Positions 1 through 9,676 of a stretch of DNA of 20,000 nucleotides are shown in pieces. Source of the stretch: Trichoplax sp. H2 (taxonomy: Eukaryota); NCBI GenBank assembly GCA_003344405.1, contig NOWV01000278.1:48389-68388 (forward strand), written 5' to 3'. The notes beneath the pieces were generated by a model. It searched no databases and was not told the DNA's origin. It saw only the letters and a list, made by a program, of their open reading frames with translations. The position numbers were made by a program, and so were the translations under genes. Within the stretch, counting starts at the first letter, position 1, and the number at the start of each line of letters is the position of its first letter.

Positions 1-46
1 CTTTCATAGTTTATTACTGGGTAATACTGCATCGCTTTCACTTTAC

Positions 47-184
47 CTGTGGATTCGATTTCGGGTGGTAAGGGTTTTTCTGCCACAACATATACGCTTC
101 AAATAGTGTATCTTTAAACGAAATAATGTCATTGCCACGCTTGGACAGAGAGTTTTGGTTATCATTCGAATGAATGGAGCTCAT
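47..184 (-). CDS. ACCS: First coding exon of an ACC-synthase-like (ACCS family) paralog; the rest of the gene lies beyond the left edge of the window
   Basis: ATG at 184 to a GTAAAG donor at 46 translates to MSSIHSNDNQNSLSKRGNDIISFKDTLFEAYMLWQKNPYHPKSNPQ (46 codons). By manual alignment 33/47 positions are identical to exon 1 of the complete gene (5774-5914), with the same phase-0 donor and similar flanking intron/5' sequence. Confidence 0.88.
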
Positions 185-894
185 AGTGATGAAGCTAACA
201 GGTAAAAATTAGCTGGAATACGATAGATTTTAAAGTCTTATTACGACAATGCAGGTTTAGCTTTAAGATAGAAACTCGCAATCTTCTGGTGAACAGCAAA
301 TGAAGATTTGCTAGCTATGGGCTTTGATGTTGGTACTGTACTATAGTTCGCAGTTACTACCATCGCACGCCATTTGTACAGTACAGTACAGTCAATGCCT
401 GTACGAAACGTACTATCCTGTACACTGTACAGTATAGGGTAGAGTGCTATGACAACTTTTTGGCTTGAAATTGATCTGGACGAGTCTCTGTCGCCATACT
501 GATCTCAATGGCAGGCTACGTAAACAGCTCTGAAACGCCAACCGTAATTCAAATACAGTTCTTTAATTAAAAGGGCGTTTTCTAGTACATTTTCCGGGCT
601 ATCGAGCAATGTATAAGAAATTTATTGCGGGAAATACAAAACTATGTTATAGTCTTACTAGATCTTTCGGAAGATTAGGGTAGTAATCGGTAGAAGCAAC
701 TCGAAGGAAGTGCTTGACATTAGACTAATAAACTTATCAGGAAGTAGTCCGTGACGCCATATTAAATTAATATAAGTGAGCATGGAAGTTGGAATACATG
801 AGTTAGGATCTATAATACACAACACTAATTAATGGCTCGATAAAATCTCACTTTACGTGTAGAATAAGCTAATTAAATTTTTAGCCATGAACAA

Positions 895-1085
895 GTAGCA
901 ATAAATTATTATCTTGGAGCATCGAATATCCAAGCCAATTTTGTTTCTGCTACTAATTCTACCTGTCAAGGAATTTGCTGCAAGGAGTATGCTATACGAG
1001 TATCTGTTTCATTCTTAATAATATTAATATAATTTTTGATAGTTTCCTTTTACTTTGCACTTCGCATTGAACTGAGCTACTACTG
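895..1085. repeat. Non-coding block duplicated with 7877-8056 (upstream of each ACCS copy)
   Basis: Colinear similarity seen directly, e.g. ttattatcttggagcatcgaata/ttattatcttcgagcatcgaata, caaggaattt, aaggagtatg, ttaataatattaat, tagtttccttttact/tagcttcctttact. Confidence 0.8.
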
Positions 1086-2289
1086 AATCATCTTATATAA
1101 AGACGAAAAAAAGTCGTTATCTTGTAAAGTAAATGTTACCTGATATGTTTGCAATTTAGCACTGAAACTGCCAAATCTAGCTAATGATGGTATCATTAAC
1201 AAAGTATGACAACATAGCTGCGGAATCGTATAATATACTGTACACTCAATTGTAAGTCTCATCAGCCGCGATTAGTTGAAAGATGAATACCAAACAATCC
1301 TGGTCTTACGCAACAATATAAATTTTACAAATTCGTAGAAACCCTGTGTGATGTAACTAGTATTGTGATTGTAGACTGTTAGCCATGTTTAGTATAATGT
1401 ACGGTAGATATTTGGTAGCTATAACTATAGACTGTAGTGGTAGAGACTCCATGCTAGAGTACAGATGACTATATACAGTAAGGTGTTGAGTTACTAATAA
1501 GGCTATAGGTAAAAATAGAACTGTAAATCATATATTAGGATATGGTTAATTCATTGTACTTTGGCTGATGTGAATAATGTCTACATAAGTACTGTAGTCG
1601 TATCCATATTGGATTAATGATGGTCCGCAGTAGAATAATCTGACTAAGAATAATTTAACTATGTGTAATATAAGGTAAAAGGTTGCCATGCGGATTGTAG
1701 CTGCGAATGCTACGAAAAGTATAAAAGCATGCAACTTTAGATTATTCTGTTAGTTCGTTCTAGAAGTCTTTAGTAGTAGTATCCGGCTAAAGTAGAGCTG
1801 TGTATAGTTGATCTTTGTATAAGATTCAATAAAGCCCTTATTTTTCTAAAATTTGGAATCTCGTGATTGGTATATATCACACCCTGATAATTCCATTAAA
1901 GCCCGTAACAGTATATACTCGTACTTGCGTAATTTTATTGATACTTAATATTTCACTAAAAGAGCCGTAGAGTGGATAAACTTTCGCAATAAACCTGCGT
2001 ATAAGTGCAACCTATTTTATCTTTATTTTGAAATTTGGTTAATTAATGTTAGCAATGCCATGCTCGAAATAGGAAAAACATATAAATTACGTTATGCTAT
2101 AGCCAGAAATTGAGAGAATGTTAAAATTATATGTAAATGAATTGAAATCCAATAATTATGAGCTGACTCATAGCGTAAAGATTTAAAATTCTTCAAGACC
2201 GCCACTTATTGTGTAGAAATCCTTTCTTGGACTGAAATTAAGTGTAATTGACGAATGATATTAGCAAATGTAAATAATAGAATTGTAAT

Positions 2290-5200
2290 TTATGATGTAA
2301 TAGTGTTACCAGAAAGTTTGCGATTTTCTAAGTTTCTGATCTTCAATAAATAGTTTTTAAAACGTTCCATGGCTAGAAATTTTATATTGAAATGAAAATA
2401 TGTTCACAAACCCTTTCAAATCTTATTTGCAAAGGTAAATTATGTTATATTAGATCTTACCCAAGGTAACATCTGCCACCGGCAATGCAAAGATTATTCT
2501 GTACCATCCGCGTTCACAGCAATAAAAGGCATATCCAGGAGCAGTTCCAACTCCATTTTCTAAAATAGACAACCAGAGCTTTCTCTCTCCTTCCAAATCA
2601 ACTGACGGCATGAACTATATGATGCAGCACGATAGTACTGAAATTAGTCACTTGGAAATACTAAGTAAGCCATAGCCGTACGCACAGTATAAATAGTAAA
2701 ATCATGACAATCTTAAGACACATTAGAATGGCATAAGAATGGTTACTACTCATGTGCAATAGCATTAGCAGTGAAGCCTTTAATATTCATAATACCTCAA
2801 TCAAGTCTACCCATACAAAGAGTCCAGCCTTAGGGATAACGTATCGAATACCTAATTCGTCAAGAGTTTGACGTACTATTTCGTAGCTTTCCTTTAATCG
2901 TCGACGCATGGTAGGGAAGTAAACGTTGTCGAGCCAATCTTTTAAAAAAATGTCAATTTATTCGCAAAATAATTAATATTTTAATAAAATAAATCGTTAC
3001 ATCGTTACTGATTTAATGCAAAAGCTTACGATACCGTAATCAGTGATCATATTGGTCAGTTGTTTCTGTAAAATGAAAAGAGAGAAAAAGAGATAAATAA
3101 AGTATGTTCATTTCATTCCTAAATTTGTCCAAAGCGTTATATTTATTGCAAAAAGTGAAACTATACGGACTTGCGTTGGAGGTGATATTCCACTAAATCG
3201 AGAGCATGCTCCTACTGCTGCTCGAAGCATACTGTTTTGTGTCCAGAGTATTCCTGCACGGAGACCGGAACTGGCAAAGTCCTGCATAGAATTTTGTTTG
3301 CAAAATTAACGTATTTGCTTCAAGTGTAACGAAAATATTGCAAATTTACGATTGCTATTCACTAGAATAGGCACAGTGGCGGCTAATCCGCTATCGTTTC
3401 AGTCGATACTTCTTATATTATCACGTTAAAATTTGGTCAAGCCTCAAACATACTTTACTGAAAGCCCAGATGAAATGGGTTCTCTCAGGATCGGGTAGTC
3501 TGCAATAAACGTTAATAAATTACTGTGGAAATGTTCGAGAAATTATACGTCAAACATACAATTTGCTAGCTTACTCATTGATCATGCTCAATACGCTAAT
3601 AATATCAGCATCAGGTGCATGGTTGGATAAGTAATAGATTTCATCGAATATAATGTGCAGTTCATGCCTATTATGTCGAAAACAAGATAGGTTCCTAAGT
3701 TATCAGCTATAATTTTTTTTCCAGTATAGTATATCTAAAGTGAATTTGACCTATGAGCAAAGTCTAGATAATCCTTAATCATTTGCTTCGAGAAATAGGA
3801 GCCTGAAGGATTTGCAGGATTAGAAAATAAGAAGCCTTTAACTCTTTTTCCCTAAAATTAAGTAAAAGCTACATAATTAATATTAATAACTATAAAATCT
3901 ATTCAATTCGGTATTTGTTAATAAGAGTAATAACAAGTAACGATGGCATACAATCTCTTTAAAGTGAACAAATAGCAACCTGCGATACTGCTTGCTGTAA
4001 TGCTCTCTCTAAGGCTGGAACAGTTAATTGAAAAGGTTCGAAATTAGGTTCTTTAATCTACAATTCATGAATTGTAATCAAACTTTGAGCATTCGATTAG
4101 CAGCTTGTGATATAGTATCTTTTAGACTTGTTAAATTGCAGGCATACAGCTCCTCCAGCTCTGGAGCGTTACCTCAGACGTAAGGTTCACTGGAACCAAT
4201 CGAGCTTCCGACATGAATAACAAATCAGATGCAAACGTGCCATAATAGGGGGATGGGACAAGCAAATATTCTATCAAAAATAATCACACCTTTAGTAACA
4301 ATATCCAAACATATTTCTCATCAACTACTGGTAGTTATAATCTAATTTCCATTATCAGCTTTGATACGCCGATAATATACTAATAGGGATTGTATGGAGT
4401 ACTGCTGGTGATTAATCATAGTAAGTAAGTTCAGAGGTCAAATCTTTAAATTGATTTCACTATGTTAAGGTTTATTCATGGCTATCAAACTCTGTAATAG
4501 TACCTTCTGGATCACATATAGCATTACCCATAATGCTAATTATGGATGATGCACCACATAAGCCAATTAGCTGTAAGAAAAGATATTTATCAGTGAGTAG
4601 TAAAATGATCCGGTTTGTTAAGTAATATACCTTATACAACAAAATGCAATATATGATTATAAGATGCGTTTTAACGACAATTGCAGTACGTGTATAAAAG
4701 AAGTTCAATAGTATCATTTATGAGCGATCATACAATGAAGATTGGTAAAATTTTGATTTATATATTGCAATATATGCGAGTAAGCAATAATAGCAGCACT
4801 TGACATTTAATACAAACATCTATTTATCTCATTTGCAATGGTGTACCTCTTCCTTGCGTACAGGTCTTGGCGATGCTTTAAAATATTTGGTTAAGAAATC
4901 TGCCATCGCTTGGCGGAAACTATGCGGGTATAAAAAAAACTGCTGGTCAGAAGCTACGAGTATATTGGTATGATATTGTTATCAAAGTATGTATGTTTTG
5001 GTACTTATTTCACTATTATATGGTGCTTCTTGTAATTTATTTGGTATCAATTACATGAACATATCCAAGAAAACATCTTACTAATCTCTGCCAGTCAAGT
5101 CTCCATAATATAACATTTCTTCAGTAATTTCGATGCCCTCATTCAACTTAATCATAAGAAGGTTTCATTAATTATGTAAAACTATTCGCATACAGTCTAT

Positions 5201-5914
5201 TTACTTCTTCAATCAACATTGATAAGATTGCGTCGTCTAAGCATTGAGGTTAGTACTTTGTTATTTTGCTACATAAGTTCTTAATTCTACAATTCGTACG
5301 TATACCCTATTATACGTATTGAACAATTTATCAAGTACGTCCTATAGATTAATTAGAAACACTGATGCTTACCTTGGGCAGTAAAATATCGCCAACTGTC
5401 TTGTTTTCGCTTATATTCATATTGATTATTCCCTAAACAGCAAGCCATTTTGTAAAGTTAGAGGGTATGATTGAGGATAAGGCTTTTCATATTCCGCGCA
5501 AAATGATATATTTATCCGGGGAAATAGGAGTCTTGAACAGTCACGTAACATGTTTATTAATTCATGAATCATTCTACTAACAGTATGGTCGTTACAGGAG
5601 TACATACGTATCTCCTTGTAGGCTAACTGATGAGGAATTGAAGTAAGATAACTATAAATGATTATTCAGTTAGACTATTATTACGATCAGCGTATGAGAA
5701 CTGTAACTGCTCTATTTCTTTGGATGCCCTTCCACAATTCATCACTGGGCAATATTGTATCACTTCACTTTACCTGTGGATTCGATTCAGGGTCGTAAGG
5801 ATTTTTCAGCCACAGCATATACGCTTCCAATATCACATCATCTTTAAATGTAACAATGTTATTGCCACGCTTGGACAGACAGTTTTGCTTCTCATTCGAA
5901 TGAGTTGAGCTCAT
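2290..5914 (-). CDS. ACCS: 1-aminocyclopropane-1-carboxylate synthase-like protein (PLP-dependent aminotransferase class I/II), 15 coding exons, 447 aa
   Basis: Exons (minus): 5774-5914, 5373-5432, 5082-5146, 4847-4919, 4504-4570, 4173-4270, 3980-4057, 3751-3851, 3575-3667, 3454-3499, 3171-3281, 3035-3065, 2796-2938, 2461-2614, 2290-2372. All introns are GT-AG with compatible phases and there are no internal stops. ACS-family motifs: NPQGIINMNISENK, LVPSPYYG, FSNPANPSG, HIIFDEIY, THFIWAFSK-DFASSGLRAG (PLP lysine), AGLFVWVDL, PGYAFYCCERGWYRIIFA. Confidence 0.95.
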
Positions 5915-5952
5915 GGTGATGGAATTGAAAGGTAAAAATGACTTGGAACACG

Positions 5953-6208
5953 ATAGATTTGAAGTCTTGTGCAGCTTAAAGTTCAGCCGTATAGTTTTAA
6001 TGGTCACTGCGATGTAAGCCTGCCAAATAATGTATAGGAAGATAGAAAATGATCAACCTGGAAAGGCGAGCTCTGGTCGGTATAGATTTGAAGTCTTGTG
6101 CAGCTTAAAGTTCAGCCGTATAGCTTTAATGGCCACTGCGATGTAAGCGTGCCAAATAATATATAGGAAGATGGAAAATGATCAAGCTGGAAAGGCGAGC
6201 TCTGGTCG
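5953..6208. repeat. Direct tandem duplication, period 129 bp, 2 copies, immediately 5' of the ACCS start codon
   Basis: 5953-6079 and 6082-6208 both read atagatttgaagtcttgtgcagc...gaaaggcgagctctggtcg, with 6 substitutions in 127 bp by manual count. Confidence 0.95.
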
Positions 6209-6699
6209 ATAAATAGTTACTTCCCTCTCTAGCAATCTTTTTGACCCTAACACTGGTAAAAGCCTATAGTATAATACAGTATTATTCAATGTTCTCTTCA
6301 TTTTTTGGAAAAACTCCACAGTTCAGTACTCTACTATAGTAGCACTGTATTATGCTCGGTTTTGACCTACCGTACACTACAGTACACTACAGCATCTATC
6401 ATTGTAGTGCACACTGTAGTGCCCATTGCAGACTTGCACACTTTCTGCACAGTCATGGTCACGATTAGACCTGACTAACGATTAATCAATTTAATCAATT
6501 TTTCTATTTATGCAACATTTTGGAAATTATGGATTAATTCTTCGCCAATTGTCGTAAGAAATGCTTATAACTGGCTACAATACCTTAATGCTTGTGCATC
6601 AAAACAGTTTGGTTTTTTTGCAAAAAATGAAAGGATTCAATAACCATCCCTTGCAGGCAATGACCGTGATATTACTGTAAAATGGAAGATGGTGTCGCT

Positions 6700-6829
6700 A
6701 TGCACATTTTTCACTGCCAATTTTCTGATAACCATAGCTACAGATGCACTTCTAACATGGCAGAGAGGGTCCAGATGCACATTTTTCCTTGCCAATTTTC
6801 TGATAGTCATAGTAACAGATGCACTTCTA
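6700..6829. repeat. Imperfect direct repeat, ~55-bp unit, period 75 bp, 2 copies
   Basis: atgcacatttttcactgccaattttctgataaccatagctacagatgcacttcta (6700-6754) versus atgcacatttttccttgccaattttctgatagtcatagtaacagatgcacttcta (6775-6829). Confidence 0.9.
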
Positions 6830-6877
6830 CTCTGTGCCTCAGACTACTAAAAGAAAACCGTTTTCTTTGAGTAGTCC

Positions 6878-7454
6878 ATGTCTGTACTCAGTGTGCTTAT
6901 TACTTTATATTCCCGAGGCTTTATACAGTAAGAGGAATACGAGATGATAATGTCCAAATTTTAACCTAGTGCTCAATAATTCGATATAGCAAGCAATTAT
7001 GTCAACCCTTACTCTTTATAATTCCAGGATTATAAAGTACTAAAAAGAGTAAGGAATTATTAAGTTTGTGTTCAACCTAACACTAAATAATAGTTCGGTC
7101 AAGCAGGCAATCATCGCCCGTATTATCTGGGAACTCTTCTCTTTCAGAGCTTTAGAATCGGCTGATTTAGAAATCGAAAGCAGCAATTATGACAACATGA
7201 TGATTTTATATGATAGACAGCGCGGTCAGTGAGCTAATACCAACAAGCGGATGTGTAGCCATCAATTCAGACACCGACTTTATTTATTGAAACCACATCT
7301 ATTTTAATTACGGTTTTGCAGACATTTACTTCTGATTCATGGTCGATCGATTGCAGATTTGCGCACTCGATATGGTTATGAACGATCGTTTCAGAGACGT
7401 TCTGTCGCTCATCTTAGTCGTAATAGCAAGCATCAACTAGTAACTTCAAATTGA
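6878..7454 (+). CDS. Candidate small spliced ORF (87 aa) or upstream coding/5' exons of the GPCR
   Basis: Exons 6878-6927 (donor GTAAGA), 7148-7228 (acceptor ctcttctctttcag, donor GTGAGC) and 7322-7454 (acceptor ttttgcag) splice in frame to MSVLSVLITLYSRGFIQALESADLEIESSNYDNMMILYDRQRGQHLLLIHGRSIADLRTRYGYERSFQRRSVAHLSRNSKHQLVTSN*. No homolog recognised. Confidence 0.35.
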
Positions 7455-7876
7455 AAATGTATTGCTTCATATTCTAATTTCATCTCAAATCTATTCTATG
7501 AAATTGAGTAACGCTCACGGCCATTGACAGACTAACTATCACTAAATGTATACGGTAGAAATTTGACCAGATCCCAATACTTAATATATTAATTACAAAA
7601 GCTTCTTTAACATATCCATGGATTATACATAATCTGTTCTCTTATTGTGCCTAGCTTCGCTGTATCATAACCCAGATTATGAAACAGAGAATAAACTCAG
7701 AATTTATTGATACTAGTACTTAAAAATTTTAAACTAAATAATACTAGAAAAGAAAGATGTTTTTATTTCATAGTTGAAGTAGTATTATGGAATAGCAATG
7801 CACATAGGTAAAGATACCATATCCCTGACTAATTTCAAATAGTAGATTTGAACTCGCGGAGGCCACGTTATATGCT

Positions 7877-8056
7877 GTAGTAATAAGTTATTATCTTCGA
7901 GCATCGAATACGTGAGCCAAATTTTTTTCTGTTACTAATTTTACTCTACCAAGGAATTTACCGGAAGGAGTATGATATCTCTTTAATTGTTAATAATATT
8001 AATTGAATAATTTATAGCTTCCTTTACTCTACGCTTTAGATTCAATTGAATTACTG
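7877..8056. repeat. Second copy of the non-coding block at 895-1085
   Basis: Same orientation and same side (upstream of an ACCS start codon) as the 895-1085 copy. Confidence 0.8.
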
Positions 8057-8695
8057 TATTAAAATTATTTTAATGTCACAGTAACCCTTCAATAAGCCTT
8101 TCAATGACCTTGACAGTGAAGTTAGTACAAAGGCAGTGTCCATGCTGCAGTCACGCGAGATTAAAGTTTATCAAATAATTAGACTAAAAGTTTACTGGTA
8201 TGTTGTATAGTAACAATGCTATAAGTTGTTGATATTCATTTTTCACATAAATGATTAACTATTTGACAAAAATTCGTATTCAATGCCTGATTTAATTGCA
8301 CACCTGATCTTTTACAACTCAATGTCATTAACAAGGCAGTAATATGAAAAAAAACTGCAGTCAACTATAATCATTTCCCTGTAATTACCTACCAACCTGA
8401 GTTGACGTAACGAAGAATAAATTAATTTCGTTACGAGAAAATAGGTAGAATTTTTAGTGAGAATGATTGCTGTGCTTGGTAGGTAGTCTATGGTTCTTTC
8501 GAGTTGAATACATGTTCATCATATCATTAACGGAAATAAATGCAACTGAAAAATATCTAAATGTGTCAATAATTAAAGTTTGCCCTTGAGCTATTACCTG
8601 AAATCTACAACATACCATATTTACCATTTGTTATTGGACTTGGCATATTTTAACTATTGCAGACTAGACGTGGTGCCGTACACGAAGAGGCAGAC

Positions 8696-9676
8696 ATGTA
8701 TCTTAATGCCACACTTTCTACAATTAAAAGCGATCAGAAATTACTGTTCTCACCTGAAATAATCTCATTATTGTTTCTATCAACGATAGCTATTGTTGGT
8801 AACTTATTTAACTTAATAGTAATTTATAAATCGCCATTACTGCGTTCTCTTGATAATATTTTACTTATCGCGTTATTGATTACTGGCTTTAGTACTGGGT
8901 TAATTCTTATTCCTTTAATATTATTGGTAAAGTTAACGGGTAATCATGTATTATGCCAAATACAAGGATTTGCAATTACGCTTTTAAATTGTTGCTCGTT
9001 AACTTTAACAGTTGCTCTCAGTGTCGATCGTTGTCACGCTGTTATAAACCCTTTTAGCTATTTGCGTCAATCTAATAAGGCCAAATATACAATAATCATT
9101 CTTTCTATAATACTGTTTAGCAGTATGATCTCAATATTTCCAATATTAGGCTTAGAAAGATTCGGTTTAGGTAAATATATTCTGGGTTCGATCTGTTGGT
9201 GTTCACTTGTTATCGATCAAACTAATGTCATAATTCTAACATTTTTAGTCTCGGCTATGATTATCCATATCCTAATAATTATCTTCTGCTATATTATACT
9301 CTTCGCTATTGCATATCAGAAAGGACATCAAGATCTATCAGGGTCTTTTGGTATTAAGACGCCTTTACGAACTGTTATTTTAATTGTAGGCATGAATATG
9401 ATTTGTTGGATACCCATGATAGTAGTCCTATTACATGGAATATTTCAATATAATCATGGAAGTACGAACGCTACATTACCCTACTGGCGAATTGCAGCTA
9501 ATATTTCGTTCTTTTTATTGGACGCCTATATTGCAGTTAATCCGATTATTTATCTAACTACTAATTCGATTTTACGTAAAAAATGGATCTATTTAATGAA
9601 TCTATTATTATGCAATGGCAGGCTGGCTTCCTCTAGAAGTTTGCAATTGCCACAACGTCGAAGCTATAAAGTATAA
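8696..9676 (+). CDS. Rhodopsin-like (class A) G-protein-coupled receptor, opsin-related orphan; 7TM region in a single exon (326 aa from ATG 8696)
   Basis: Seven hydrophobic segments with class A motifs: TM1 IVGN, TM3 LCQIQGF...SVDRC, TM4 FPILG, ECL2 Cys (ICW), TM6 CWIP, TM7 NPIIY, and an N-terminal sequon (NAT). The ORF-track TTG start overlaps an in-frame splice acceptor (ttgcag|8663). Confidence 0.92.
   Translation: MYLNATLSTIKSDQKLLFSPEIISLLFLSTIAIVGNLFNLIVIYKSPLLRSLDNILLIALLITGFSTGLILIPLILLVKLTGNHVLCQIQGFAITLLNCCSLTLTVALSVDRCHAVINPFSYLRQSNKAKYTIIILSIILFSSMISIFPILGLERFGLGKYILGSICWCSLVIDQTNVIILTFLVSAMIIHILIIIFCYIILFAIAYQKGHQDLSGSFGIKTPLRTVILIVGMNMICWIPMIVVLLHGIFQYNHGSTNATLPYWRIAANISFFLLDAYIAVNPIIYLTTNSILRKKWIYLMNLLLCNGRLASSRSLQLPQRRSYKV

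Noticed and set aside
1080..1734. Short ORFs 1080-1262 and 1546-1734 (also 8580-8762, 11221-11415, 16978-17160, 19342-19524, 19491-19709)
   Set aside because: About 60-70 aa, low-information AT-rich translations with no motifs or convincing splice context; one spans the N gap.
4472..4717. 81-aa minus ORF as a standalone gene
   Set aside because: Only 4504-4570 is coding (ACCS exon 5); the rest is intron read-through.
5720..5908. 62-aa plus ORF
   Set aside because: Antisense shadow of ACCS exon 1.
2290..5914. Horizontal transfer of a plant ethylene-biosynthesis gene
   Set aside because: Sequence and exon layout resemble animal ACCS homologs, and the plant ACS-specific FQDYHG motif is absent.
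5765..6007. 80-aa minus ORF starting upstream of 5914
   Set aside because: It contains ACCS exon 1. The upstream extension starts at a non-ATG codon inside the tandem repeat, and the paralog supports the ATG at 5914.
6682..6870. 62-aa ORF with an internal repeat, and the repeat-spacer-repeat layout as a mini CRISPR
   Set aside because: The protein repeat is just the 75-bp DNA duplication read in frame. There are only two imperfect units, the context is eukaryotic and no cas genes are present.
8657..8695. TTG start for the GPCR given by the ORF track
   Set aside because: Eukaryotic gene. The TTG is part of a ttgcag splice acceptor and the first ATG is at 8696.
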